From assembly GCA_964383635.1 (NCBI GenBank), contig CAYLIG010000004.1, positions 10,814 to 74,813 of the forward strand: a stretch of 64,000 bases of DNA. Reading direction: 5' to 3'. Position numbers and translations under genes: made by a program. This DNA is from an uncultured Christensenella sp. Lineage in GTDB: Bacteria > Bacillota > Clostridia > Christensenellales > CAG-138. The notes beneath the pieces are model-generated. The model did no database searches and had not been told where the DNA came from. It saw only the letters and a list, made by a program, of their open reading frames with translations. Within the stretch, counting starts at the first letter, position 1. Each line of letters opens with the position of its first letter. Of this stretch, positions 8,110 through 18,086 are shown in pieces.

Positions 8110-10350
8110 ATGATTCGTTACCATGACCATCCGGTCGCACTGCACAACGGAAAGCCACACCCCGCGGAAAAGGCGGACGCCGCCGCGCGCGAGAAGACCA
8201 TTGCCTATTCCATTCTCCGCGCGCATAACGTCTCCGACGATATGGACAAGCTGCGCCTGCGCTTTGACGCGCTGGTTTCGCACGACATCACCTATGTCGG
8301 CATCGTTCAAACCGCGCGCGCAAGCGGCCTGACCGAGTTTCCCGTGCCATACGCCATGACGAACTGCCACAACAGTCTCTGCGCCGTCGGCGGAACGATC
8401 AATGAGGACGACCACGTTTTCGGTCTCTCCGCAGCGAAGAAATACGGCGGTATCTATGTGCCCGCAAATCTGAGCGTCATCCACAGCTACGCGCGCGAAG
8501 AGCTTGCCGGCTGCGGCAAAATGATTCTCGGCTCGGACAGCCACACGCGCTACGGCGCGCTCGGCACGCTCGCCATCGGCGAGGGCGGGCCGGAGCTGGT
8601 CAAACAGCTGCTGAAAAACACCTATGACATCGCCGCGCCGGAGGTCGTGCTCTGCTATGTGACGGGCAAACCCCGCCGCGGCGTCGGCCCGCACGACGTT
8701 GCGCTCGCGCTCGTCAAGGAAGCGTTCCCGCAGGGACGCGCGAAGAACAAGATTCTCGAGTTTGTCGGCCCCGGGATCAAGCACCTCTCCGCAGATTACC
8801 GAAACGGCGTGGACGTCATGACCACCGAGACGACCTGCCTAAGCTCCATCTGGGAGACCGACGGCGAGACCGCCGAGTTTTTCCGCGCGCACGGGCGACC
8901 GGGCGACTATAAAAAACTCGCCCCGGAGGACGGCGCGTATTACGACGCGATGATCACCATTGAACTCGACAAGGTCGAGTGCATGATCGCGCTTCCGTTC
9001 CATCCCAGCAACGCATACCCCATACGCGAGTTTATCGAGCGCGCAGACGAACTGCTGGCAAAGGTTGAAGAGGAAGCAAAGGCGAGCTTCCCGAATGTTT
9101 CGCTTGATCTAAGAAGCAAAGTTCAGCCGGGCGGCGTGTATGCCGACCAGGGCATCATCGCGGGCTGCGCCGGCGGACTCTTCGACAACATCATTGAAGC
9201 AAGTGAAATCCTCAGCGGCGGCTCGACGGGCAACGGCGCGTTTTCGCTCTCCGTCTACCCGACGAGCGTGCCCGTCAGCCTCGCGCTCACGCGCGCGGAG
9301 GCGACCGAAACGCTGATTCGCGCGGGCGCGGTTATGAAGCCGTCCTTCTGCGGCCCGTGCTTCGGCGCGGGGGACGTGCCCTCCAACAACGGGTTCTCCG
9401 TTCGCCATACCACGCGCAACTTCCCCAACCGCGAGGGATCCAAGCCCGGCGAGGGCCAGCTGGCCTACGTTGCGCTCATGGACGCGCGCAGCATCGCGGC
9501 CACCGCGGCAAACGGCGGACGCATCACGCCGGCGACGGACGTTGTATACCGCAAGCGCCGCATCCGCTATCGTTACGACCGCAGCACCTATGAAAAACGC
9601 TGCTACAACGGCTATGGCAAGGCCGACCCGAGCGTGGAGCTCGTGTTTGGCCCGAACATCGCGGACTGGCCGAAGATCTATCCGCTGACGGACAGCATTC
9701 TCGTGGAACTATCCGCCGTCATTCGCGATCCCGTGACCACGACGGACGAGCTGATTCCCTCCGGCGAGACGAGCTCGTATCGCAGCAATCCGCTGCGCCT
9801 TGCGGAGTTTGCGCTCTCGCGCCGCGCGCCGGACTACGTCGGCCGCAGCAAGGCCGTCGCCGCCGCCGAAGCCGCGCGCCGCGGCGGACATGCGCCGGAC
9901 GCGCTGAAAGCGCTGCTCGACAAGGTCGGCGACGCGAACGCGCTCCTGCAGACGACGTCCTACGGCTCCTGCGTCTTTGCCAACAAGCCCGGCGACGGCA
10001 GCGCGCGCGAACAGGCCGCCTCCAGCCAGCGCGTACTCGGCGGAGCCGCGAACATCTGCTATGAATACGCTACCAAGCGCTATCGCAGCAACTGCATCAA
10101 CTGGGGCATTCTGCCGTTCACCCTGCCGCAAGGCGCGTCGTTTGACTATTCGGTCGGCGATCATGTGTTTATCCCGAACGTGCGCGCGGCAATCGTTGAA
10201 AAACGCGCCGAGCTGCCGGCAACGGCGATCCGTCAGGACGGAACAACCCAGGATATCACGCTGAATCTTTCGCCGCTGACGGACGACGAGCGCGAAATAC
10301 TGCTTGAAGGCTGCCTGATGAACTACTACGCCGCACATTCCGGCAAGTAA
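8110..10350 (+). CDS. Aconitate hydratase (aconitase family)
   Basis: This is the frame of track ORF 7906-10350, with the start moved to ATG 8110 (AAGGAGGA 6 nt upstream). Fe-S and active-site motifs are [22 protein letters not shown] and [10 protein letters not shown]. It is followed by icd. Confidence 0.85.
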   Translation: MIRYHDHPVALHNGKPHPAEKADAAAREKTIAYSILRAHNVSDDMDKLRLRFDALVSHDITYVGIVQTARASGLTEFPVPYAMTNCHNSLCAVGGTINEDDHVFGLSAAKKYGGIYVPANLSVIHSYAREELAGCGKMILGSDSHTRYGALGTLAIGEGGPELVKQLLKNTYDIAAPEVVLCYVTGKPRRGVGPHDVALALVKEAFPQGRAKNKILEFVGPGIKHLSADYRNGVDVMTTETTCLSSIWETDGETAEFFRAHGRPGDYKKLAPEDGAYYDAMITIELDKVECMIALPFHPSNAYPIREFIERADELLAKVEEEAKASFPNVSLDLRSKVQPGGVYADQGIIAGCAGGLFDNIIEASEILSGGSTGNGAFSLSVYPTSVPVSLALTRAEATETLIRAGAVMKPSFCGPCFGAGDVPSNNGFSVRHTTRNFPNREGSKPGEGQLAYVALMDARSIAATAANGGRITPATDVVYRKRRIRYRYDRSTYEKRCYNGYGKADPSVELVFGPNIADWPKIYPLTDSILVELSAVIRDPVTTTDELIPSGETSSYRSNPLRLAEFALSRRAPDYVGRSKAVAAAEAARRGGHAPDALKALLDKVGDANALLQTTSYGSCVFANKPGDGSAREQAASSQRVLGGAANICYEYATKRYRSNCINWGILPFTLPQGASFDYSVGDHVFIPNVRAAIVEKRAELPATAIRQDGTTQDITLNLSPLTDDEREILLEGCLMNYYAAHSGK

Positions 10351-10385
10351 TCGCATCCGAACAGAATAACCGGAAGGAACCAATT

Positions 10386-11597
10386 ATGGATTTAATCAAG
10401 ATGAAAACACCCCTCGTCGAGATGGACGGGGATGAGATGACCCGCATCCTCTGGCAGCAAATCAAGGATGAGCTGATCCTGCCGTTTGTCGAGCTCAAGT
10501 CGGAGTATTACGATCTCGGCCTGCCAGAGCGCGAAAAGACGAAGGATCAAATCACGACCGACGCAGCGAACGCGATTCAAAAATACGGCGTCGGCGTCAA
10601 ATGCGCAACCATCACCCCCAACGCACAGCGCGTAACGGAATATAACCTCAGCGAAATGTGGAAGAGCCCCAACGGCACCATCCGCGCCATCCTCGACGGC
10701 ACGGTGTTTCGCGCGCCGATTCTGATCGACTCCATTCAGCCCGTGGTTAAAAACTGGAAAAAGCCAATCACCATCGCGCGTCACGCCTATGGCGACGTCT
10801 ACCGCGCGACGGAGTACCGCGTGCCGGAAAAGGGCAAGGCGGAGCTGGTGTTCACCGGCGAAAACGGCGCGTCTTTCCGAAAGACGATCTACGACTTCGA
10901 ATGCCCCGGCGTATTGCAGGGCATGTACAACAAGGATTCCTCGATCAGATCATTCGCGCACAGCTGTTTCCAATATGCGCTGAGCACGAAGCAGGATCTT
11001 TGGTTTTCCACCAAGGATACGATCAGCAAACTCTACGACCACACGTTTAAGGATATCTTTCAGGAGATCTTCGACGAGGACTACAAGACTAAATTTGACG
11101 CGCTCGGCATCTCCTACTTTTACACGCTGATCGACGACGCGGTGGCGCGCGTCATCCGCTCCGAAGGCGGCTATATCTGGGCCTGCAAAAACTATGACGG
11201 CGACGTGATGAGCGACATGGTCAGCACGGCGTTCGGCAGCCTTGCGATGATGACGAGCGTGCTCGTTTCGCCCGACGGCAACTATGAATACGAGGCGGCG
11301 CACGGAACGGTCACCCGCCACTACTACAAATATCTGCAGGGCGAGGAGACCAGCACCAACCCCATGGCGACGATCTTCGCCTGGAGCGGCGCGCTGAAAA
11401 AGCGCGGCGAGCTGGACCGGCTGCCCGAGCTTACGGCCTTTGGCGAAGCGCTCGAGCAGGCGTCCATCGAGACGCTCGACGCGGGAATCATGACAAAAGA
11501 CCTCGTCGGCCTCTGCGAGGGAATCACGCCTGCGGCGGTGACAAGCATCGCCTTCATCCGCGAAATCCGCAGACGGCTTGCCGAAAAACTCGCCTGA
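10386..11597 (+). CDS. icd: NADP-dependent isocitrate dehydrogenase (subfamily II, eukaryote-like)
   Basis: 403 aa. [25 protein letters not shown] and [10 protein letters not shown] are signatures of the about 400-aa type II IDH. Confidence 0.9.
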   Translation: MDLIKMKTPLVEMDGDEMTRILWQQIKDELILPFVELKSEYYDLGLPEREKTKDQITTDAANAIQKYGVGVKCATITPNAQRVTEYNLSEMWKSPNGTIRAILDGTVFRAPILIDSIQPVVKNWKKPITIARHAYGDVYRATEYRVPEKGKAELVFTGENGASFRKTIYDFECPGVLQGMYNKDSSIRSFAHSCFQYALSTKQDLWFSTKDTISKLYDHTFKDIFQEIFDEDYKTKFDALGISYFYTLIDDAVARVIRSEGGYIWACKNYDGDVMSDMVSTAFGSLAMMTSVLVSPDGNYEYEAAHGTVTRHYYKYLQGEETSTNPMATIFAWSGALKKRGELDRLPELTAFGEALEQASIETLDAGIMTKDLVGLCEGITPAAVTSIAFIREIRRRLAEKLA

Positions 11598-11612
11598 ATT
11601 TTTGAATTGGTT

Positions 11613-11651
11613 AAGACCCGCGTGACTGAATAAATCACGCGGGTCTTTTTT
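11613..11651 (+). terminator. Intrinsic terminator after icd
   Basis: AAGACCCGCGTGA-loop-TCACGCGGGTCTT followed by TTTTT. Confidence 0.85.
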
Positions 11652-11787
11652 GACAGAAGATTCATATACCCGACATGTGCCGGACACAACTGTTCTATAA
11701 GATCAGACTGGAAGTTTGGACTGAATCAAAAAGCAGTCCGCTGCGATTTCACAACTATCCGAATCCCAATGTCCAGGAGGTATCTAT

Positions 11788-12786
11788 ATGATGGATCGCT
11801 CCATTTCGAAACGTATACTGGCACTTGGCATAGCCGCGGCACTGATTGTCGCCTTCGGATGCGGCAAAACGGCGCTGGACGAAAAAACGGTCGCGAACGC
11901 CGTGATCGACAGCGCCTCCGCCGACGCGGACAGCGGCAGCGACCGGGACTACAACATCGGCATTTACGGCGTGGATGAAACGACCGACGCATCTGAAAGC
12001 GGGATCTATTCATCCAGCGAATCGAATCAAAACGCAATCCTTGTGCAAAACGGCGGCATCCTCACCATGACCAGCGCGGACGTCAACAAAACCGGCGACG
12101 CAGCAGGCGACCCTTCCACCGGATTGAACGCGGCCGTCGCCGTGATTACGCAAGGGCAAATGACACTGCTGGAAAGCAACGTCACCACCAACGCGCTCGG
12201 CGGATACGGGCTGTTTGTCTCCGGCGCGGGATCTGTCCTGACGGTTGACAAAGCATATTTGAGCACCGCCGGCGATTCTTCGCCCGCGCTTGTCGCCCTG
12301 GATGGCGGCGCGCTGGCTTTCACCAACGGAACGCTTGTCACAGAGGGGACCGACTCTCCCTGCATCCTGCTTGGCGGCGGCAGCGTATCTTTGAGCAATG
12401 AAACGATATTTGCACAAAACAGCGTTCTGGTGCGCGTCATAAGCGGCGAAAATGAACTCTCTCTGGACAATATGTCTCTGACCGGCAGTCCCGAAATCGC
12501 GGAAGGCGCAACGCTGATTTTGCGGCTGACCAACGGCGCTTCGTTCACCGGCGCGCTCGGAGACATACTGCCCGCGCGGGCGAGCGTATATCTCGACGCG
12601 GCAAGCACGCTCACGCTCGCGGCGGATACCTACCTGAGCGTTTTTGCCAACGAGGACAGTACGCACCAGAACGTGCAGTCCAACGGATACTATATCTATT
12701 ACGACTCCGACGCAGCTGAAAACGAATATCTTGGCGGACAGTCCTATCTGTTGCCCGGCGGCGGATTTCTCGCTCCGATTATCTGA
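11788..12786 (+). CDS. Secreted lipoprotein with repetitive beta-helix-like region (Cthe_2159-like carbohydrate-binding family, tentative)
   Basis: 332 aa. AGGAGG RBS and lipobox VAFGC. The body is Gly/Ser/Thr/Asn-rich with repeating segments (ILVQNGGILTMTSADVNKTGDA...). Confidence 0.55.
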   Translation: MMDRSISKRILALGIAAALIVAFGCGKTALDEKTVANAVIDSASADADSGSDRDYNIGIYGVDETTDASESGIYSSSESNQNAILVQNGGILTMTSADVNKTGDAAGDPSTGLNAAVAVITQGQMTLLESNVTTNALGGYGLFVSGAGSVLTVDKAYLSTAGDSSPALVALDGGALAFTNGTLVTEGTDSPCILLGGGSVSLSNETIFAQNSVLVRVISGENELSLDNMSLTGSPEIAEGATLILRLTNGASFTGALGDILPARASVYLDAASTLTLAADTYLSVFANEDSTHQNVQSNGYYIYYDSDAAENEYLGGQSYLLPGGGFLAPII

Positions 12787-12805
12787 ATCATCAACCCGGC
12801 GGCCA

Positions 12806-12832
12806 AGCACGCGTCTAAGCGCGTGCTTTTTC
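12806..12832 (+). terminator. Intrinsic terminator
   Basis: AGCACGCG-TCTAAG-CGCGTGCT followed by TTTTT. Confidence 0.75.
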
Positions 12833-12942
12833 TATGCTTTTTTGCGGTAATATGGTATATCTGAAACAAACCTATAATTTTTTATGTTCCGGTGCAATAA
12901 AAGTCCCTGTTTCCCGTCTGTAGAGTATAAGGAATGTGCAAG

Positions 12943-13503
12943 ATGGCGATGGAGCAAAGCGAAAACAGCAGGTGGTACGCGTTTTTCACCCGTGACGGTG
13001 AAAAGCTCATCCGTTTCGTGAAAAACCGCGTCCGGCGCATCAGCGAAATGGACGCGGAGGATATCGTTGCGGACGTGATGCTCTCGCTCGTCAGCCGACT
13101 GGAAACAAACGGTCCCGTGGAGAATATCGCCGCGTATGCATATCGCTCCCTCCGCAACCGCATCGCCGACTATGAGCGCAGCCGCGCAAAAACCGTCAGC
13201 CTCGACGGCATGGCAAACGAGGACGGCGATTTACCGCTTCTGGAGCTCATTGCCGCCGACAACGCCGAACCGTTTCAGGCGGAAGACCACGCCGCGCGCA
13301 TCAACCTGCTCACGGACGCCATCGGCCGCCTTGAGCCGAGGCAGCGCGCGATACTGATCGCCACGGAGCTGCGCGGCAGAACATTTCGCGAATTGTCCGA
13401 GGAATGGAGCGAACCCATCGGCACCCTGCTCTCCCGAAAGAGCCGCGCGGTCAAAGCGCTCCGTCGTATGCTGTCGGAAGCGGGCGCAGCGCGCGGTGAA
13501 TAG
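12943..13503 (+). CDS. Sigma-70 family (ECF-like) RNA polymerase sigma factor
   Basis: Region 2 (DAEDIVADVMLSL..YAYRSLRNRIADYERSR) and region 4 HTH (LEPRQRAILIATELRGRTFRELSEEWSEPIGTLLSRKSRAVKALR) are present. The start was chosen at ATG 12943, 9 nt after AAGGA. ATG 12934 and 12949 are alternatives. Confidence 0.8.
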   Translation: MAMEQSENSRWYAFFTRDGEKLIRFVKNRVRRISEMDAEDIVADVMLSLVSRLETNGPVENIAAYAYRSLRNRIADYERSRAKTVSLDGMANEDGDLPLLELIAADNAEPFQAEDHAARINLLTDAIGRLEPRQRAILIATELRGRTFRELSEEWSEPIGTLLSRKSRAVKALRRMLSEAGAARGE

Positions 13504-13672
13504 AACAATGACAGCGATACACGTTCAGAAAGGGTTTCATGATGAGCAACTATAAGAAAAACAATGACAACGATACGCATTCAGAAAAGTTTTCATGATG
13601 AGTAACTTTAAGAAAAAATAACAATAATACGCATTCAGAAGGAGTTTCATGATGAGTAATTTTAAGAAAAAC
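13504..13672 (+). repeat. Three tandem about 57-60-nt copies of the RBS/start-codon region of the downstream gene
   Basis: The units are 13504-13560, 13561-13620 and 13621-13672. Each contains ..ATACGCATTCAGAA-purines-TTTCATGATGAGYAAYTWTAAGAAAAA. Confidence 0.9.
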
Positions 13673-14092
13673 ATGGATAAAATACCAAAGTGGGCAAAGT
13701 ACACGCTCTATACCGTACTCGGCCTTGCCGGAGCGTTCCTGCTTGGACTGCTCTTTGGCAACGTAATCATGTGGCTTTGGAACTGGCTCATGCCAAGCTT
13801 GTTCGGGCTGAGAACCATCGGGTTTTGGGAAGGCTTAGGTCTCTTCCTGCTGGCGCACATCCTGTTTGGCTTCGGCGGATCCAGCCATTCCGGAGACGGC
13901 GGATCGAAGCATCATCATCACAAGCACCACCATGGCGGGCATGACGAAACGTGCGAATGGAAGGACTGGGAATATTATGACGACTGGTGGGAAGAGGACG
14001 GCAAGACCGCGTTTCACGCCTACGCAGAGCAAATGAAAAAAGAAACCGCTCAGGAAAAGGAATCCAAAGCACCTGAATCGGACGGCGAATAA
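13649..14092 (+). CDS. Small membrane protein with His-rich segment; candidate partner/anti-sigma of the upstream sigma factor
   Basis: 147 aa with an AAGGAG RBS. It has two predicted TM helices (YTLYTVLGLAGAFLLGLLFGNVIMWLW; GFWEGLGLFLLAHILFGF). These are followed by SHSGDGGSKHHHHKHHHGGHDETCEW and an acidic W/E/D-rich tail. Confidence 0.65.
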   Translation: MMSNFKKNMDKIPKWAKYTLYTVLGLAGAFLLGLLFGNVIMWLWNWLMPSLFGLRTIGFWEGLGLFLLAHILFGFGGSSHSGDGGSKHHHHKHHHGGHDETCEWKDWEYYDDWWEEDGKTAFHAYAEQMKKETAQEKESKAPESDGE

Positions 14093-14100
14093 CCCGTAGA

Positions 14101-14140
14101 CAGCAAAAGGGCGGATGCATCTGCATCCGCCCTTTTGCTG
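14101..14140. terminator. Bidirectional terminator between convergent genes
   Basis: Perfect palindrome CAGCAAAAGGGCGGATGCA-TC-TGCATCCGCCCTTTTGCTG. Confidence 0.85.
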
Positions 14141-14145
14141 TCCGC

Positions 14146-15360
14146 TTACATCTGTTTCTTTCGTTCCGCAAGTTTTACGGCGATATAGATCACCGCGCCC
14201 AGCCCGGCGAGTCCGCCAAGCGTCAGTCCCCACGGAAACGTTTTTTTGCTTACGCTGGCCAGCGTCGGAAGCACCGTTTCCGAATTGCTCGAAAACGACA
14301 CCTTTGTCGAAGAGGAGGCCACTTTCGTGCGTCGAGTGCTTGTGCTTTGTGTTGACGCGGTATCTGCCGCCGCTGCGGCCTCCTGCTGCGTCGCCGCATC
14401 CTCTGTGTCCGTCGTTGTGATGCCGCTCGAGCCGGATGCGCCGCTCCTGCCGCCGCCTGTTGGCGCGCCTTCCGTCCAGTTTGCAATCAGCGTCAGGTTG
14501 CCCGTCGTTCCTGCGGGAATAACCATCTCGGTCGCCGGAACGGTGACTCCAAGCGCATCGCAGGTCCAGCCGGCAAACGTAAAGCCGTCCATCGTCGGAT
14601 TATTGAGCAAAATTGCCGAATCGCTGGCGGTGTAGCTCGTCGGGTTCAGTTCGGACAGGGATGCGCCCGTGAGTCCGCCGTATGTAATCAGATACGCCAG
14701 CGAAAGCGTGTCGGAGTACTTTGTGCCAAGTCGATAAACATATGTGCTCCCGGTGGAATCCAAATATGTGGTAACTGTTTCTATTGTTCTATAGGTAGAA
14801 AACTTCGTTCCAGTCATCAGGGTATAAAGCGTACTCGAAACGGGTTTATTCACATAGCCGGACGTATCGGCTCCCGTCACGCCCGAATAGGTGATCGCCA
14901 CGATGACTTCGCTGTCCGAATTCAGGTTTTCCAGCGAGATCGTACGCGGCGCGCGCACCATGCCTGTGCCGCTGGTGGTAATGGAGGCGGTGATGCTGCC
15001 GCCGCCGCGCACCAGCGTTCCGCCCGTCACTTCAACTGCGCCGCCCGCGATGGTACCGTATACATTTAACTCACCGCTTGAGATACGAAGCGTCCCGACC
15101 GTCGTACTCAGATCGAGCGTCACGTTCGACGGAATCGTCACCGATGAACCGGACAGTTCAATCAGCGATGTGCCCGCCATATAATAAATTGTTGTGTCGT
15201 CGCCGCTGTCCGCCGCTTTGTTCAGCTCTGTAATCAGTTCTGACGCGCTGCTTACGAATACGGGGGACGCTGTTCCGGCAAACGAAAGCCCCATCAGAAA
15301 CATCGCCGCAAGCATCGCCGCGCACACGCGGGAAATCGTTCTGGAAAAAACCTGTTTCAT
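14146..15360 (-). CDS. Surface protein with Listeria-Bacteroides (InlB B-type) repeat and C-terminal membrane anchor
   Basis: Start moved to the internal ATG (MKQVFSRT.., signal peptide). It contains a DGFTFAGWTCD...NLTLIANWTE repeat and a Ser/Thr/Ala-rich stalk. The C-terminal TM segment is followed by KLAERKKQM, and no LPXTG is present. Confidence 0.65.
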   Translation of the reverse strand: MKQVFSRTISRVCAAMLAAMFLMGLSFAGTASPVFVSSASELITELNKAADSGDDTTIYYMAGTSLIELSGSSVTIPSNVTLDLSTTVGTLRISSGELNVYGTIAGGAVEVTGGTLVRGGGSITASITTSGTGMVRAPRTISLENLNSDSEVIVAITYSGVTGADTSGYVNKPVSSTLYTLMTGTKFSTYRTIETVTTYLDSTGSTYVYRLGTKYSDTLSLAYLITYGGLTGASLSELNPTSYTASDSAILLNNPTMDGFTFAGWTCDALGVTVPATEMVIPAGTTGNLTLIANWTEGAPTGGGRSGASGSSGITTTDTEDAATQQEAAAAADTASTQSTSTRRTKVASSSTKVSFSSNSETVLPTLASVSKKTFPWGLTLGGLAGLGAVIYIAVKLAERKKQM

Positions 15361-15657
15361 CTGTCCTTCTCCCTGCATCAGACCGAGCAGAATCTGCCCG
15401 ATCCTTTGATCACATTGGTCGATCATATCTCAGCCCGCACCGATACACGCGCGATCATATGATTCGTTGGTTCTATCATAAAAACTGAACTTGACAAAAT
15501 TTTGTCGCAAAGTCAACGCTTTATCGCACATTTCGAGCGATCGCATATTTCCCCCTGGCTGCCGGAATGCTACATAATTTCTGCTTTTCAATGCCATGTT
15601 TGTGCCACAAGCGCCGCCTATGATCAAAAGCGAATGAATTTGGAGGCGAAAAACCTT

Positions 15658-17337
15658 ATGGAATCTTTCGAAACATCATTTCCCTCGGCAAAGCAAAAGA
15701 AAAAAAGGCAAAAGCGCATACGCAACATCATATTGATTTGCGCTGGTGTGCTTATTCTCGCAGTCGGCGCATTTGTTGTCATCAACATCGCCAAAAAAGA
15801 CGGCGAAAGTACCAGCACGCTTTCCTATCGTGTAAACTCGGTTTCGAGCGGTCAGATCAGCTCGACCATCAGCGGCAGCGGCACGCTGTCCGCGCTGGAA
15901 AGCCAGAGCGTCACAACAACCGCGCAGTCCACCATCAGCGCAATCAACTTTGCGCCGGGCGATGAAATCAAAGCGGGTGACGTGGTGCTTACCATGACAT
16001 CCGCCGACATCGAAAGTCAGCTGAGCGACCTGCAGGATGAACTGAGCGACACGCGCTCCTCCCTCGCCAGCGCGACACAGCTGCTGACCAACCTCAAGGT
16101 CACTGCCAGCAAGAGCGGCATCATCAAGGATATCAAAGCGGAGGTCGGCTCCATCGTGGACGACATGGACTATCTCTGCCTGATTGCGACAGACGGCAAG
16201 ATGCAGGTGCAAATTCCCGTTACAGATGGAATGCGTCAGTATGACGCGGTCACCGTCGTCGTCGGCGATGATGAGCAAAGCGGCTATATCACCGCCATTG
16301 CAGATGAAGTCGCAACGATTGTATTCACGGATAACTATTACCCCATCGGCACAAGCGCAACCGTGCAGGACGAAAGCGGGAACACGCTCGGCACCGGCAG
16401 TATGCGTGTAAACGAGTATGTCAAAGTGACAGCGGCTTCCGGCAAGATCGCTGCCGTGTCCGTCACAGACAACAAGCGGATCAGCAAGGGTTCGACGGTA
16501 TTCACGCTTGCCAAGGGCGCGCCAACCGCAGCCTATACGGCACTGAAAGCGACCGAAACCGACCTGCTTGAGCAGATTGCCGAGCTTCAGGATCAGCTCA
16601 CGGTCAAGGCGGATAATGACTGTACCCTCACCGCGCTCTCCGTCGCCGTCGGCGACACGGTTTCGTCCGGCACGTCGGTTTGCACGCTGACCGGAACCGG
16701 CGGCTTTACGTTGTCGCTCTCGATCGACGAGCTGGATATCGCGACAATCGCGCTTGGACAGAGCGCAACCATCACGCTGGATGCGCTGGACGGGGAATAC
16801 ACGGGCACCGTAACCAACATCTCCTACTCCGGCAGCGGCAGCTATGTTACGAGCTATACCGCAACGATTACGACAGAGTCCATTGAAGGCGCTTATCCCG
16901 GCATGAGCGCGTCGGCGGAAATCATCACTGAAACCAGCGGCGAATCGTTGATCGTATCCGTTTCCGCTGTGCAGTATGAAGGCGACACGGCATATATCTA
17001 TCTTGCCGGAGAGGATGCGCAGGCAGGCACTTCGGTTTCGGAAAGCGAGATCGATCTCGACAGCCTGACGAAGCTGACCGTCACCACGGGCATGTCGGAC
17101 GGCTCATACATCGCCATCACGGCGGACGGTCTCGCGGCGGGCGATCTCATCTGGGTGCCCGAGCGGACAACCACCGCCACCTACAGCGAGGACGATTCCA
17201 CGACAACCACATTCAGCTTTGGCAGCCAGAGCGGTATGATGGGCGGCAGCAGCAGCGGCAGCTTCCAGCCTCCGAGTGATATGGGCGGCGGTAACTTCAG
17301 CGGCGGCGGCAACATGGGCGGCGGGCCGAACGGTTAA
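15658..17337 (+). CDS. HlyD/MacA-type efflux adaptor (membrane fusion protein) with Gly-rich C-terminal tail
   Basis: It has an N-terminal TM (IILICAGVLILAVGAFVV), a coiled-coil segment (IESQLSDLQDELSDTRSSL..), and barrel-sandwich and beta-barrel regions. It precedes the MacB-like ATPase and permease genes. The start is uncertain (ATG 15634 or 15658). The tail is GGSSSGSFQPPSDMGGGNFSGGGNMGGGPNG. Confidence 0.75.
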   Translation: MESFETSFPSAKQKKKRQKRIRNIILICAGVLILAVGAFVVINIAKKDGESTSTLSYRVNSVSSGQISSTISGSGTLSALESQSVTTTAQSTISAINFAPGDEIKAGDVVLTMTSADIESQLSDLQDELSDTRSSLASATQLLTNLKVTASKSGIIKDIKAEVGSIVDDMDYLCLIATDGKMQVQIPVTDGMRQYDAVTVVVGDDEQSGYITAIADEVATIVFTDNYYPIGTSATVQDESGNTLGTGSMRVNEYVKVTAASGKIAAVSVTDNKRISKGSTVFTLAKGAPTAAYTALKATETDLLEQIAELQDQLTVKADNDCTLTALSVAVGDTVSSGTSVCTLTGTGGFTLSLSIDELDIATIALGQSATITLDALDGEYTGTVTNISYSGSGSYVTSYTATITTESIEGAYPGMSASAEIITETSGESLIVSVSAVQYEGDTAYIYLAGEDAQAGTSVSESEIDLDSLTKLTVTTGMSDGSYIAITADGLAAGDLIWVPERTTTATYSEDDSTTTTFSFGSQSGMMGGSSSGSFQPPSDMGGGNFSGGGNMGGGPNG

Positions 17338-17399
17338 GGAGCAAGCCATGCTGCAACACACAACAATACAATCACAAAGCTGTGGGAAAGGAGCATGCC

Positions 17400-18086
17400 A
17401 TGCTGCGACTAGAACACATCTTTAAGACCTACTATGTAGGAGATGAGACGGTGCATGCGCTCGACGACGCATCCCTGCACGTCAAGCCGCATGAATTCGT
17501 AGCCATCTGCGGACCATCCGGCTCGGGTAAGACGACGCTGATGAACGTCATGGGCTGTCTCGATCTTCCCGACGCAGGCCACTATATTCTGGACGGCGTG
17601 AACATCGCCGAATGCACCGACAAAGAGCTCTCGCTGATTCGCAGCGAAAAGATCGGGTTCGTATTTCAGCAGTTCAATCTGCTCGATTCGATGAGCGCGC
17701 TGGAAAACGTGGAGCTGCCGCTGATCTACCAGCGGCACTCCCAGAAAGAGCGTCTGGAGCGCGCGAAAGCCGCCCTGGATCAAGTCGGCCTCAGTAACCG
17801 GATGCAGCACCGTCCCAGTCAGCTCTCCGGCGGCCAGCAGCAGCGCGTGGCAATTGCCCGCGCTCTGGCGAGCAACTCCCGCGTCATCCTGGCCGACGAA
17901 CCGACCGGAAACCTGGACAGCAAGAGCGGAAACGATATTATGCGGCTCATCGGAAATTTGTCGGAGCAGAGCTACACCATCGTTTTGATTACGCACAACG
18001 ACGAAGTCGCGCGGCTTGCGCAGCGCACCGTCTATGTGCGCGACGGTCGGCTGTTTGACACACTGGAGGAGGCGGAATCGGTATGA
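17400..18086 (+). CDS. ABC transporter ATP-binding protein (MacB/LolD-like)
   Basis: Walker [10 protein letters not shown], signature LSGGQQQR, Walker B ILADEPT. AAAGGAG RBS 6 nt upstream of ATG 17400. Confidence 0.9.
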   Translation: MLRLEHIFKTYYVGDETVHALDDASLHVKPHEFVAICGPSGSGKTTLMNVMGCLDLPDAGHYILDGVNIAECTDKELSLIRSEKIGFVFQQFNLLDSMSALENVELPLIYQRHSQKERLERAKAALDQVGLSNRMQHRPSQLSGGQQQRVAIARALASNSRVILADEPTGNLDSKSGNDIMRLIGNLSEQSYTIVLITHNDEVARLAQRTVYVRDGRLFDTLEEAESV

